From: Faecousia sp.
Lineage (GTDB): Bacteria > Bacillota > Clostridia > Oscillospirales > Oscillospiraceae
DNA: 64,000 bases
Assembly (NCBI GenBank): GCA_045540035.1
Contig: JAZQGL010000003.1
Span: 492-64,491 of the forward strand
Direction: 5' to 3'
Every line of letters begins with the position of its first letter. The first letter of the stretch is position 1. Both the position numbers and the translations under genes were made by a program. Positions 27,215 through 37,537 of the stretch are shown piece by piece. A model generated the notes under the pieces. The model was not told the origin of the DNA, did not search any database, and saw only the letters and a list, made by a program, of their open reading frames with translations.

Positions 27215-29737
27215 TTATCCACTGTAATGCTGCATCTCTTTCCGGGCGGTTTCGATCTCCTCCTGCAGTTCCCGGGCAGACATCCGCAGTACGCCGGAGC
27301 GAAGAGAAGATATCTGCACCAGAGCATCGGAGGTGACCACCCGTACATTGTAACTGGGTCCCAGGCGGGCGACCAGCGCTTCAATATAAGCATCTCCGGT
27401 CTCATTTTCCTTGGTATATACTACCTGAATGCCGGAAAATTCCAATTTTTCGCCAACATTTCCTTTGACCTTGTAGCCGTCAAAAACCACCACGGTCCGG
27501 CACTTTTTGTAGGCGGCATAACTGGCGACCCGGTCACACAGATGCCGGCGGGCAGCCTCCAGATCGTTTTTCGCCATTTCCGCTAAATCCTGCCAGGCGA
27601 AGATCACATTGTAGCCGTCCACCACCATATACTGCTGCTGCGGCGGGCGGATCGTCAGCGTTTCGCTGGCTGGTCGGTTGGAAGAAGCCTGATACTGAGG
27701 GCGCTTGATGGGACCAAACTCCCGCTCCATGATCTTCTCCAGTTCCATATCGTCATAGCGCAGATTCTTAGTGATAATCTGGGGCTTTTTATCCGCCTTC
27801 AGACCGCTTTCCAGATGCATATGTTCTTTTACCTGATCCCATTTTACCGTGAAACCAGCGCCGTGGGAACAGAACACGGAATCCGGGGTATTTTCCAGAT
27901 CCGCCTCCGGATCATAGGCCGCTTCTTCGATGACACGGCGTGCATCGTGGCAGGGAAAATACCCTTCCAAAGCGATCTGCAACTGTCCTTTTCCCTGGGT
28001 ATACGCCGCCAGAACATCCGCATAATCCCCCAGTTCCGACGCAGGGATCGTGCCTTTCAAGGTAGAGACCGTACCGGCATTTTCCGGCATATCAAACGCG
28101 CCGCCCATAGCCCGCACATCGGTAATCGCTCTGCCGAGGGTTTCCGTGGGCAATGTAAGTGTAAAGCGATACCAAGGCTCCAAAAGCACGCTTTTCGCCT
28201 GCATCAGGCCCTGCCGGATGGCCCGGTAAGTAGCCTGACGGAAGTCGCCGCCTTCGGTATGTTTCAGGTGGGCTTTGCCCACCAGCAGCGTCAGTTTCAT
28301 ATCCGTGATAGGCGCGCCGATGAGTACGCCCTTATGCTGTTTTTCCGAAATATGGGTCAAAATCAGCCGCTGCCAGTTCATATCCAACACATCGGTGGGG
28401 CAGTTGGTGTCGATCTGCAGACCCGCACCCCGGGGCAACGGTTCCAGCAGCAGATGCACCTCGGCATAATGCCGCAAGGGCTCAAAATGACCGACACCCT
28501 CTACGGTGTTTTCAATGGTCTCCCGGTAATAGATCCGGGGGTCTGTCAGGGTAATATCCAGATCAAACCGCTCTTTTACCAGACTTGTAAACACTTCCTG
28601 CTGCACTCTGCCCATCAACCGGACGTGGATCTTGTCAGCGTCGCACAGCAGATGCAGTTGGGGATCTTCCTCCTCCAACTGCCGCAGTTTGGGAACTACC
28701 ACCGCCGGGTCCTTGCCGGCAGGCAATGCCACCCGGTAAGTCATCACCGGCTCCACAGCGGCGCTGCCGCTGTCTTCCTGAACGCCCAGACCTAAGCCGG
28801 GGAAGGTCTCGGTCAAACCGGTGACCGCCACGGTCTGTCCCGGAAAAGCCTCCTCTGCAGGGGTAAATTTATCGCCGGAGTAAAGCCGCAGACCTATGGC
28901 TTTCTCCTCTCTTTTTTCGCCTTGTCGGTTTACATAATTTATCGGCATACGGACTTTCAGGCTGCCGCCGGTGACCTTCAGCCAGGTCAGGCGGTTGCCT
29001 TGGGCATCCCGGGATATTTTATATACCAACGCGCCAAAATCCTCCCCGTATTGGGGGCGGGGCGCAAACCGGTCTATGGTCTGCAAAAGGGTGTCGACAC
29101 CCTCCAGTTTCAAGCCCGAACCGAAGCAGCAGGCAAAGAGTTTCCGCCGGCAAACCAGTTCCCGGACGCTGTCATCGGGAATTTCCCCGGTTTCCAGATA
29201 AGTTTCCATCAGCGCTTCGTCGCACATAGCGGCATTTTCGGCAAAATCCCCGTCTACCGCCACGCAGTTGGGGCTGAGTTCCGTCTGCAGGGTATGGAGC
29301 AGTTTTTCTTTATCTGCGCCGCTTAAGTCCATTTTGTTGATGAACAGAAACACCGGTACGCCGTAGCGTTCCAGCAAGTTCCACAAAGTTACCGTATGGG
29401 CCTGAACGCCGTCGGTGCCGCTGATGACCATTACCGCCGCATCCAGAACCGGCATTACCCGCTCCGCTTCCGCTGCAAAATCCACGTGACCGGGGGTGTC
29501 CACCAGCGTGATCTCCAGCCCGGGCGTAGACAGACGCGCCTGCTGGAAGAAGATGGTGATGCCCCTTGCCCGTTCCAAACTGTGAGTATCCAGCGCCGTG
29601 TCGCCGTGATCTACCCGCCCCAGGCTCCGCCGGGCGCCGCTGCAGTACAGGAGCGCTTCGGAAAGGGTGGTCTTACCGGCATCCACGTGGGCCAGCAAAC
29701 CGATACTGATATTGTGTTTTTTCTGCCCTTCGCCCAC
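27215..29737 (-). CDS. TetM/EF-G-like translational GTPase fused to a C-terminal YacP-like NYN nuclease domain
   Basis: AHVDAGKTT, DTPGHVDF, NKMD, HFEPLRHYAEV; C-terminal VVDGYNVI...VVFDG...VVTSD. Confidence 0.88.
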   Translation of the reverse strand: MGEGQKKHNISIGLLAHVDAGKTTLSEALLYCSGARRSLGRVDHGDTALDTHSLERARGITIFFQQARLSTPGLEITLVDTPGHVDFAAEAERVMPVLDAAVMVISGTDGVQAHTVTLWNLLERYGVPVFLFINKMDLSGADKEKLLHTLQTELSPNCVAVDGDFAENAAMCDEALMETYLETGEIPDDSVRELVCRRKLFACCFGSGLKLEGVDTLLQTIDRFAPRPQYGEDFGALVYKISRDAQGNRLTWLKVTGGSLKVRMPINYVNRQGEKREEKAIGLRLYSGDKFTPAEEAFPGQTVAVTGLTETFPGLGLGVQEDSGSAAVEPVMTYRVALPAGKDPAVVVPKLRQLEEEDPQLHLLCDADKIHVRLMGRVQQEVFTSLVKERFDLDITLTDPRIYYRETIENTVEGVGHFEPLRHYAEVHLLLEPLPRGAGLQIDTNCPTDVLDMNWQRLILTHISEKQHKGVLIGAPITDMKLTLLVGKAHLKHTEGGDFRQATYRAIRQGLMQAKSVLLEPWYRFTLTLPTETLGRAITDVRAMGGAFDMPENAGTVSTLKGTIPASELGDYADVLAAYTQGKGQLQIALEGYFPCHDARRVIEEAAYDPEADLENTPDSVFCSHGAGFTVKWDQVKEHMHLESGLKADKKPQIITKNLRYDDMELEKIMEREFGPIKRPQYQASSNRPASETLTIRPPQQQYMVVDGYNVIFAWQDLAEMAKNDLEAARRHLCDRVASYAAYKKCRTVVVFDGYKVKGNVGEKLEFSGIQVVYTKENETGDAYIEALVARLGPSYNVRVVTSDALVQISSLRSGVLRMSARELQEEIETARKEMQHYSG

Positions 29738-29898
29738 AGTTTATCCTCCTTTTCGTATTTGGGGTCATTATAGCACAAAATGGCTTTTTCGTCGATAAGT
29801 TTTTCCGCAACACGGCAAGGTTCTGACAAAGATCCGGCAAACTGCCCGATTTTCCTTTTGTATCAACACTTTTTCCCCTTTTTAAACCCGCTTTAACA

Positions 29899-29927
29899 TT
29901 GACAGATACCTTATTTTATATTATAAT
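29899..29927 (+). promoter_or_regulatory. Consensus sigma-A promoter for the rfbD-polysaccharide operon
   Basis: TTGACA-17bp-TATAAT, perfect match. Confidence 0.85.
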
Positions 29928-29994
29928 TGTCTTTAAATGTGGGAGTCTATACCCAGAGCGCAAAAGTATCAAAAAAGAATGCAGGTAGAAAGAT

Positions 29995-30909
29995 ATGAAA
30001 GTATTTGTAACCGGTGTGGCCGGACAGTTGGGCCACGACGTAATGAACGAATTGGCAGCCCGGGGTTATGTCGGTATCGGCAGCGATATTGCCCCCGGTT
30101 ACAGCGGCATTGCTGACGGCAGCCCCGTCTGCACTATGCCTTATGTCAGTATGGATATCACCGATGCAGATGCCGTCCGCAGCACCCTGCGCGCTGCAGC
30201 GCCGGATGTGGTAGTCCACTGCGCAGCCTGGACTGCCGTGGACCTTGCCGAGGACGAGGACAAGCAGGAAAAAGTCCGGGCCATCAACGCCACCGGCACC
30301 CAGCACATTGCAGATGTCTGTAAGGAACTGGGCTGCAAAATGGTCTATATCTCCACAGACTATGTCTTTGACGGTCAGGGCGAAACGCCCTGGCAGCCCG
30401 ATTGTAAGGACTATAAGCCTCTGAATGTCTACGGACAGACCAAACTGGAAGGCGAACTGGCCGTGGCAAACACCCTGGAGAAATTCTTCATCGTCCGCAT
30501 CGCCTGGGTCTTTGGCCGCAACGGCAACAACTTTATCAAAACAATGCTGAACGTCGGCAAGAAATATGACACCCTCCGGGTAGTCAACGACCAGATCGGC
30601 ACTCCCACCTACACCCTGGATCTTTCCCGGCTGCTGGTGGATATGATCGAAACTGAAAAGTACGGCTACTACCACGCCACCAACGAAGGCGGCTATATCT
30701 CCTGGTATGATTTTGCCCGGGAGATCTTCCGGCAGGCAGGCTACGATACCAAAGTCCAGCCGGTAACTACCGCGGAGTACGGCCTGAGCAAAGCCGCCCG
30801 CCCCTTCAACAGCCGGCTGGATAAAAGCAAGTTGCAAGACAACGGTTTTGCCCCCCTGCCCACCTGGCAGGATGCCCTGGCAAGATACCTGAAAGAGATA
30901 GAGGTGTAA
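29995..30909 (+). CDS. rfbD: dTDP-4-dehydrorhamnose reductase
   Basis: VTGVAGQLG, HCAAWTAVD, ISTDYVFDG, YGQTKLEGE, DQIGTPTY. Confidence 0.95.
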   Translation: MKVFVTGVAGQLGHDVMNELAARGYVGIGSDIAPGYSGIADGSPVCTMPYVSMDITDADAVRSTLRAAAPDVVVHCAAWTAVDLAEDEDKQEKVRAINATGTQHIADVCKELGCKMVYISTDYVFDGQGETPWQPDCKDYKPLNVYGQTKLEGELAVANTLEKFFIVRIAWVFGRNGNNFIKTMLNVGKKYDTLRVVNDQIGTPTYTLDLSRLLVDMIETEKYGYYHATNEGGYISWYDFAREIFRQAGYDTKVQPVTTAEYGLSKAARPFNSRLDKSKLQDNGFAPLPTWQDALARYLKEIEV

Positions 30910-30912
30910 CAA

Positions 30913-31515
30913 TTGGGTCAGATCAAAGTCACGAAATGCCCCATCGAGGGTCTTTATATCATTGAACCCGCCGTTCACGGCGATAACCGCGGTTACTTTA
31001 TGGAGACTTATAACCTGCGGGATATGGAGGAAGCCGGCCTGAATATGAAATTCGTTCAGGACAATCAGTCTATGAGCGTCAAGGGCGTTCTCCGGGGTCT
31101 GCATTTCCAGAAGCAGCATCCCCAGGGCAAACTGGTCCGTGCCATCAAGGGCTCTGTTTTCGATGTTGCCGTAGACCTGCGGGAGGGCTCTGCCACCTAC
31201 GGTCAATGGTTCGGCGTGGAACTGACCGAAGAAAACAAAAAGCAATTCTATATTTCCGAAGGCTTTGCCCACGGTTTCCTTGTGCTTACCGATACCGCAG
31301 AATTCTGCTACAAATGCACCGACTTCTACCGCCCCGGCGACGAAGGCGGTCTGGCCTGGAACGATCCTGCCATCGGCATTCAGTGGCCCGGCGTTCAGGG
31401 TCAGTATCCCGGCAACGCCAGCGCCGCCGGCTATGCTATGTCCGACGGCACACCGCTGAACTTAAGCGAAAAAGACCAGAACTGGAACTGCCTTGCAGAT
31501 ACCTTCCATTTCTGA
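30913..31515 (+). CDS. rfbC: dTDP-4-dehydrorhamnose 3,5-epimerase
   Basis: DNRGYFME, QDNQS, LRGLHFQ, GFAHGF; TTG start. Confidence 0.95.
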   Translation: MGQIKVTKCPIEGLYIIEPAVHGDNRGYFMETYNLRDMEEAGLNMKFVQDNQSMSVKGVLRGLHFQKQHPQGKLVRAIKGSVFDVAVDLREGSATYGQWFGVELTEENKKQFYISEGFAHGFLVLTDTAEFCYKCTDFYRPGDEGGLAWNDPAIGIQWPGVQGQYPGNASAAGYAMSDGTPLNLSEKDQNWNCLADTFHF

Positions 31516-31546
31516 ATCACACGAGATAGAAATTAGGAGTATTGCC

Positions 31547-32710
31547 ATGCAGCATATTTTTATCGTAGGCTCCAAGGGTATTCCCGGCGCTTACGGCGGC
31601 TACGAAACTTTCGTAGATAAACTGACCCAGTATCATCAGGATCACGGCGAACTGCGTTACCACGTTGCTTGCAAGGACGCGCAGAAAAAAGAAGAAATCT
31701 ACCACAACGCCCGTTGTTTTCATCTCAAAGTACCCAATATCGGACCTGCCCAGGCCATCTACTACGATGTCGCCGCCCTGTCCGATTGCTGCAAGTATAT
31801 CAAGCAGCACAAGATCGAAAAGCCCATTGTCTATATTCTGGCTTGCCGCATCGGTCCGTTTATGTCCCATTTCGTCAAAAAGATCCACAAACTGGGCGGC
31901 GTAGTGTATGTAAACCCCGACGGTCACGAGTGGCTGCGCGCCAAGTGGCCCAAACCGGTCCGGGCTTACTGGAAGATCTCTGAAAAGATGATGACCAGGC
32001 ACGCCGACCTGATGGTATGCGACAGCAAGAACATTGAGCGCTATATCCAGGAAAGTTATGCTGAATATAAGCCCAACACCACCTTCATCGCCTACGGCGC
32101 AGAGACCCGGAAAAGCCATCTGGCTGACGATGATGCGAAACTTCTGCAGTGGTATGCAGACAAAGATCTCGCTCCCAAGGGTTACTATCTGGTGGTTGGC
32201 CGCTTTGTGCCGGAAAACAACTACGAGACTATGATCCGGGAGTTTATGAAGAGCAATACTGACAAATCCTTCGCCCTGATCACCAATGTCTCCGACGGCT
32301 TCCTGCAGGAACTGGAGGAAAAGACCGGTTTCCGGGAAGATCCTCGGATCAAGTTCGTTGGCACGGTGTACGACCAGGAACTGCTGATGAAGATCCGCGA
32401 AAACGCCTACGGCTACTTCCACGGTCACGAAGTCGGCGGCACCAATCCCAGCCTGCTGGAGGCTTTGGGCTGCACTGACCTGAACCTGCTGCTGGGTGTG
32501 GGCTTCAATCAGGAGGTGGCAGAAGATGCCGCTCTGTACTGGACAAAAGAATCCGGCAATCTGGCAGCGCTGATCGAAAACGCAGATCAAATGTCTCCCG
32601 AAGACATCGCCGCACTTGGCAAAAAGGCAAAAAAACGCATCGCCGATGCCTACAGTTGGGAATATATCTGCAGCGAATATGAAAAACTGTTTTTGAGAAG
32701 TTCTTTCTAA
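31547..32710 (+). CDS. GT4 rhamnosyltransferase (Cps2T/WchF/RgpA-like)
   Basis: IVGSKGIPGAYGGYETF, NPDGHEW, GRFVPENNYE, HGHEVGGTNPSLLEA. Confidence 0.88.
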   Translation: MQHIFIVGSKGIPGAYGGYETFVDKLTQYHQDHGELRYHVACKDAQKKEEIYHNARCFHLKVPNIGPAQAIYYDVAALSDCCKYIKQHKIEKPIVYILACRIGPFMSHFVKKIHKLGGVVYVNPDGHEWLRAKWPKPVRAYWKISEKMMTRHADLMVCDSKNIERYIQESYAEYKPNTTFIAYGAETRKSHLADDDAKLLQWYADKDLAPKGYYLVVGRFVPENNYETMIREFMKSNTDKSFALITNVSDGFLQELEEKTGFREDPRIKFVGTVYDQELLMKIRENAYGYFHGHEVGGTNPSLLEALGCTDLNLLLGVGFNQEVAEDAALYWTKESGNLAALIENADQMSPEDIAALGKKAKKRIADAYSWEYICSEYEKLFLRSSF

Positions 32711-32732
32711 AATATATGCAAGGGAGAAAAGT

Positions 32733-33431
32733 ATGAATATCGCTCTTGTTTTGGCCGGCGGTACAGGAACACGTATGCGTACCGACGGTTTTCCGAAACA
32801 GTATATCGAAATAAAGGGCAAGCCTGTTTTGCTGTATACGTTGGAAAAGTTTCAGGCCTGTGCCGATGTGAGCCACATTGTAGTGGTCGCGCACGCACAG
32901 TGGGAAGAAAAAATCCTTCAATGGGCCAAGACCTATGGCATCGATAAGTTTGCCGGAATTGCCCACCAAGGCGACTCCCGCCAGGAGTCTGTGTATAACG
33001 GACTGGAAGCCTGCATGAAATTAAATCCGCAGGCAGATGATTTGGTGCTGATCCACGATTCCGCCCGTCCTCTGGTCACGCCGGAACTGATTTCTGCCTG
33101 CGTTAAAGGCGCCGACGGACACGACGGCTGTTTGCCCGTGATCGCCGTTAAAGACACGATCTACTACAGCCGTGACGGTCAGACGGTCCACGATTTGACA
33201 GACCGGAGTTCTCTGTTTTGCGGTCAATCTCCGGAGGTTCTGAAATTGCTGCCATATCTGGAATTGTGCAGAAATCTTTCTGCTGAACAGATGCTGAACA
33301 TCCGCGGTTCCTGCGAACTGGCGTTTCGCAACGGCTGGGATGTTTGTATGATCCCCGGCGAAGAATACAATTTCAAACTGACGACTGCTGAGGATATGAG
33401 CAGATTGCGCAAACTTTTGGAAGAAAGTTAA
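32733..33431 (+). CDS. IspD/TarI-family cytidylyltransferase
   Basis: LAGGTGTRM, PKQY, RQESVYNG, IHDSARP, QSPE, NFKLTT. Confidence 0.88.
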   Translation: MNIALVLAGGTGTRMRTDGFPKQYIEIKGKPVLLYTLEKFQACADVSHIVVVAHAQWEEKILQWAKTYGIDKFAGIAHQGDSRQESVYNGLEACMKLNPQADDLVLIHDSARPLVTPELISACVKGADGHDGCLPVIAVKDTIYYSRDGQTVHDLTDRSSLFCGQSPEVLKLLPYLELCRNLSAEQMLNIRGSCELAFRNGWDVCMIPGEEYNFKLTTAEDMSRLRKLLEES

Positions 33432-33470
33432 AAACGCCTGAAAAACAACGCAAAGAAAGTTGGCTAGACT

Positions 33471-34229
33471 ATGGACTTAAAAGTAACACAAGAAAATCTT
33501 CTGTTGCTGATGACCGCATTGGACAAAATTTGTCGGGAACAGAATATTTCCTACACGCTTCACGGCGGTACACTTTTGGGCGCAGTGCGGGAAAAAGGAT
33601 TTATTCCCTGGGACGATGATATGGATATCGTCATGACAAGGCAGGAATACAACAAACTGGAGAACGTATTGTCCGTAAATCCCGACTTTTGCATTGTAGG
33701 CAATATCAAAAAACAATTCCGCCACATCGGCGAAAACAACTATTGGGTAGACATTTTTATTTGTGACCACATCAGCGCAAAACCGCTGGAGCAGAAACTA
33801 AAGCAACTGCTGTTAACGGTTCTGGATGTGATGAACAGAGATAAACACAGCATCCAACTCAGCGATTTTTCCAAATACGGCGCAGGCAAGAGAGTTGCTT
33901 TCAAGATGGCGTACTATTTCGGAAAGGTCCTGCCGCTGCGCTTTAAAGTGTGGCTGTATGAGAAGATTTCCCGAGACCTTTTGAACGGAGATAAGTCGCT
34001 GTATATCAGAAGCAACGATCAATACAAAGGCCGCCAAAAGGTGTTTCCGACACAGTGGTTGGACGGATATCAATATATTCCTTTTGGCAAAACGGAGTTT
34101 GCGGTGTCTGCGCACTACCACGAATTGCTGGTATCCTTTTACGGAGAGAATTATATGACTCCGATCAAAGATGACAGAAACGCCGTGGTCCACGATATCG
34201 TCCGTGCAGAAGGAAACATTAATCTGTAA
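33471..34229 (+). CDS. LicD-family phosphotransferase
   Basis: GGTLLGAVREKGFIPWDDDMDI, VDIF, YGENYMTP. Confidence 0.9.
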   Translation: MDLKVTQENLLLLMTALDKICREQNISYTLHGGTLLGAVREKGFIPWDDDMDIVMTRQEYNKLENVLSVNPDFCIVGNIKKQFRHIGENNYWVDIFICDHISAKPLEQKLKQLLLTVLDVMNRDKHSIQLSDFSKYGAGKRVAFKMAYYFGKVLPLRFKVWLYEKISRDLLNGDKSLYIRSNDQYKGRQKVFPTQWLDGYQYIPFGKTEFAVSAHYHELLVSFYGENYMTPIKDDRNAVVHDIVRAEGNINL

Positions 34230-34300
34230 CAGAATGTATGCGCAATCAGCAGCCGTTAAAAACACGCTGCTGATGCACAGCAGTGAAAGGATCATCCCTT

Positions 34301-35218
34301 ATGAGAATGGCAGTGCTGATGGCAACCTACAATGGCGAAAAGTATCTGCGCCAACAAATCGATAGCATTTTACAGCAAAAAACGGATATCCCCTTTGATC
34401 TCATCGTCCGCGATGACGGTTCAAAAGATGCCACACTGGAGATTTTGGAGTCTTACAGCCTTCAGGGTTCTCTTAAATACTATGCTGATAAGAATTTAGG
34501 GGCAGCAAAAGGCTTTATTCAACTTTTGCGTGACAACCCCGGTTATGATTTTTATGCTTTTGCCGACCAGGATGATGTATGGGAAGCGGACAAGTTGCAG
34601 AAAGGTTTAAACAAGATTTCCGGCGTGACCGGTCCCGTTATATACTGTGCAAATTCCGTTTTGGTGGATGAAAATCTCCAGAGTCTGGGAAGAAACACAC
34701 ACCGAGAACTACCTACTTACAATTTGGTGTCTATTTTGTGCCTTGCCTGTTGCGCTCAGGGATGTACCAGCGTTTTTAACAGTGCGCTTGCCAGAGTAAT
34801 TCAGAACCATAATGTGCCGGAAGTATTCATTATGCACGATTCTTTGATCACCTGCCTTTGCGGCTTGATCGGCGGTACGGTTATCTACGATCACGAACCT
34901 TCTATGAAATACAGAATGCACGGAAAAAATGTATTTGGTGTGGTTACTGCAAAGCAAAACTTGTGGCGCGTTATAAAAAGCCGTCTCAAAGAAATCACAA
35001 CCAAGCCAAAAATCAGCATGTATGTCCAGGCAAAAAATCTGTTGGACACCTATAATGGCGAGATTCCTCCAGAGAACAAGCGCCTTTGCCAGACAGTAAT
35101 TCGTTCTGAGCATTCTTTGAAGGCCCGGTTGCAACTGGTGTTTGACAAGAATTTAAAGCACGATACCCTAAATAAAACGGTTACAAAAAAACTGCAAATC
35201 CTCTTGGGAAATGATTGA
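34301..35218 (+). CDS. GT2 glycosyltransferase (RgpB-like)
   Basis: VLMATYNGEKYLRQQIDSIL, RDDGS, ADQDDVW, MHD, YRMH. Confidence 0.88.
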   Translation: MRMAVLMATYNGEKYLRQQIDSILQQKTDIPFDLIVRDDGSKDATLEILESYSLQGSLKYYADKNLGAAKGFIQLLRDNPGYDFYAFADQDDVWEADKLQKGLNKISGVTGPVIYCANSVLVDENLQSLGRNTHRELPTYNLVSILCLACCAQGCTSVFNSALARVIQNHNVPEVFIMHDSLITCLCGLIGGTVIYDHEPSMKYRMHGKNVFGVVTAKQNLWRVIKSRLKEITTKPKISMYVQAKNLLDTYNGEIPPENKRLCQTVIRSEHSLKARLQLVFDKNLKHDTLNKTVTKKLQILLGND

Positions 35219-36014
35219 GAGGCATAAAGATATGACATATCAATTAATTGTTTCCACTATGGATCAGCACGATGACAGTCTGATCGAAAAAATGAATATC
35301 CATTCCGATGCCATCATCGTAAATCAGGCAGACCGTTTCGGCTACCACGAAACCCCATTGGAAGAAGGTACAGTAAAATGGTATCACTTCAACGAGCGGG
35401 GTATCGGTCTGAGCCGCAACAGCGGTATGATGCGCGCAGACGCAGACATTATCCAGTTTGCCGATGATGATATGGTCTTTTCCGAAACATATGCCCAGGA
35501 TGTTGTGGCAGAGTATGAAAAGCACCCGGAAGCAGATATCATACTGTTCTCCAACCGGTGCCTGAACAAAGATCGTATGCCCTATCAGGTAAACACTTTT
35601 GGCCGTGTAGGCAGAATGGAAGCCGTCAAGTTCGGCGGCGCCCGGATCACCGCCCGCAGGGACAAACTGCTGTATAACAACATCACCTTTTCCCTGCTGT
35701 TTGGCGGTGGTGCCAAGTATAAAGCAGGCGAAGATGTTACCTTTGTTCAGGATTGTATCAAAGCCGGCTTAAAAGTGTATAAATCTCCGGTGATCGTTTC
35801 CACGATGAAGCAGGATACTTCCTCCTGGTTCTCCGGTTTCCACAAAAAATACTTTGTGGACAAAGGCGCCCTGCTGGCCGCAAATTTCCCCCTGATCAGC
35901 CGTTTCGGCATTTATATCCAAGCATTTAAAAACAGCAGACATTCCGAATACTCATTCAAGGAACTGCTCGGTTTTTACCGGGAAGGTGTCCGGGAGTTTC
36001 GTAAAAATAAATGA
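35211..36014 (+). CDS. GT2/GT-A glycosyltransferase
   Basis: IVNQ, ERGIGLSRN, FADDD, GED; true start may be at 35232. Confidence 0.8.
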   Translation: MIERHKDMTYQLIVSTMDQHDDSLIEKMNIHSDAIIVNQADRFGYHETPLEEGTVKWYHFNERGIGLSRNSGMMRADADIIQFADDDMVFSETYAQDVVAEYEKHPEADIILFSNRCLNKDRMPYQVNTFGRVGRMEAVKFGGARITARRDKLLYNNITFSLLFGGGAKYKAGEDVTFVQDCIKAGLKVYKSPVIVSTMKQDTSSWFSGFHKKYFVDKGALLAANFPLISRFGIYIQAFKNSRHSEYSFKELLGFYREGVREFRKNK

Positions 36015-36046
36015 CCCGGCACCCCTGCCGGGATTAAGGAGACGCT

Positions 36047-37525
36047 ATGGAAATAATTATTCTTTGCGCCTTATGCATTCCCATAATTTATCTGGCCTTG
36101 CGTCAGAAAAAATGGTATTTATATCTTCTTGTGGCGTTTATCGGAATTTTACCGGAACAGTTTTCTATTTCACTGCACGATAAACTTCCTCTTTTGACCG
36201 GTTCCCGTGTTTTGATCCTCATTGCCTTTGGCTTTTGGTTGTGGAACCGCTGGAAGACAAAGAATTTCTCTGTTCCGCTGCCTTTGTTGATCTTTTTTGC
36301 CATTCAAATGCTGGTATCCGTCATAAACCTGCATTGGGGCGTGGGCGAGATCAAACGGATATTCCTGTATCTGTTTGAACGCGTACTGGTAATTTTGATG
36401 GTTATGGACACCGTCGATACAAAAGAAGAATTCCACCGAGCCATCGATTTTATGATTTTAGGCGGCATTGCCGTCTCTGTGATCGGCATTGTGCAGACTG
36501 TATGGGGATTAAATCCGGCAAAGCCACTGCACATCACCGAGACGATCACAAGCGTTGTTCTTGCCAGCCGTATGGGTTTGACCCGTGCTTACGGCACGAT
36601 GAACGCCATTTCCTTCGGTTGTTATTGTGCCTTTTTGCTGCCAATTATCTACTACCAACTGGAGAAATTCAGAAAACTCCGGTACAGTTTTGCATTTGCT
36701 GTGGTCTTTATGGCATTGATCTGCACATTTACCCGCAGTGCCTGGCTGTGCGTCGCCGGCATTTTTGCGCTGATCGTGCTGCTGTGCAAATTCAAACCGG
36801 TGGTGCGTCTAATGCCCAGCGCAGGTATCGCTATACTGCTGTGCGTATGTCTTTGTATTGCCCAGCCGAAACTGTTCAGCGCTCTGGTGGAAACCGGCAA
36901 ATCCTCCATCAATACAATTACTGCTGTACTGCCAATCCCCTCCTTAACGGAAAAAACCAGCGAGACATTGCCTCCCACAGAGCCCGATGATACTGTAGAG
37001 CCCAGCGAAACTGTAGATCCCAGCGAAGAAACCAAGCCTAAGCCCAATCCCCCAACGTTTGAACTGGACAAAAACTTTGGCGTCAACGCTAACGATCCCA
37101 CATACTCCCGGGTAGCACAATGGACCGCTGTGCAGTACATGACGCAAGAGGGACACCTGCTGTTCGGTTATGGCTATAACGCCCTGCTTCGAGGAAAAAT
37201 CCATTTTTTCTTCGACCGTTGGGCAGCAAAGTGGCAACCCACTACCTTCTTGGATGTGGGTCTGGTATCTCTGCTTACAGAAAGCGGTTTGATTGGATTT
37301 TTGGCAACCATATGTCTGCTGGCATATATTACCGTAATTGCCTGGCGTAGGCGCAAATCCGAAGAAGGCTTTAATTTCTTCCGTCTCACGCTGTATGTTA
37401 TTTTGATGTATTTGCTGCTGAATTTCCTGGCATCTTTCCTGAATGCAGGTGTTGTCTGGCTGTACTTTGGTCTGTTCTTCACCAAACGCAAACTGGATGA
37501 CCTCCCGGAAAAAACTGCAGAATAA
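36047..37525 (+). CDS. O-antigen ligase/polymerase-like membrane protein with a Pro/Thr/Glu-rich loop
   Basis: Many TM helices; RAYGTMNAI, TFTRSAW, LFGYG, ESGLIG motifs. Confidence 0.75.
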   Translation: MEIIILCALCIPIIYLALRQKKWYLYLLVAFIGILPEQFSISLHDKLPLLTGSRVLILIAFGFWLWNRWKTKNFSVPLPLLIFFAIQMLVSVINLHWGVGEIKRIFLYLFERVLVILMVMDTVDTKEEFHRAIDFMILGGIAVSVIGIVQTVWGLNPAKPLHITETITSVVLASRMGLTRAYGTMNAISFGCYCAFLLPIIYYQLEKFRKLRYSFAFAVVFMALICTFTRSAWLCVAGIFALIVLLCKFKPVVRLMPSAGIAILLCVCLCIAQPKLFSALVETGKSSINTITAVLPIPSLTEKTSETLPPTEPDDTVEPSETVDPSEETKPKPNPPTFELDKNFGVNANDPTYSRVAQWTAVQYMTQEGHLLFGYGYNALLRGKIHFFFDRWAAKWQPTTFLDVGLVSLLTESGLIGFLATICLLAYITVIAWRRRKSEEGFNFFRLTLYVILMYLLLNFLASFLNAGVVWLYFGLFFTKRKLDDLPEKTAE

Positions 37526-37537
37526 AGGTGATATTTT

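Noticed and set aside
27215-29737. Acquired tetracycline resistance gene (tetM/tetW)
   Set aside because: 840 aa with an extra NYN domain, host-like composition and no mobile context.
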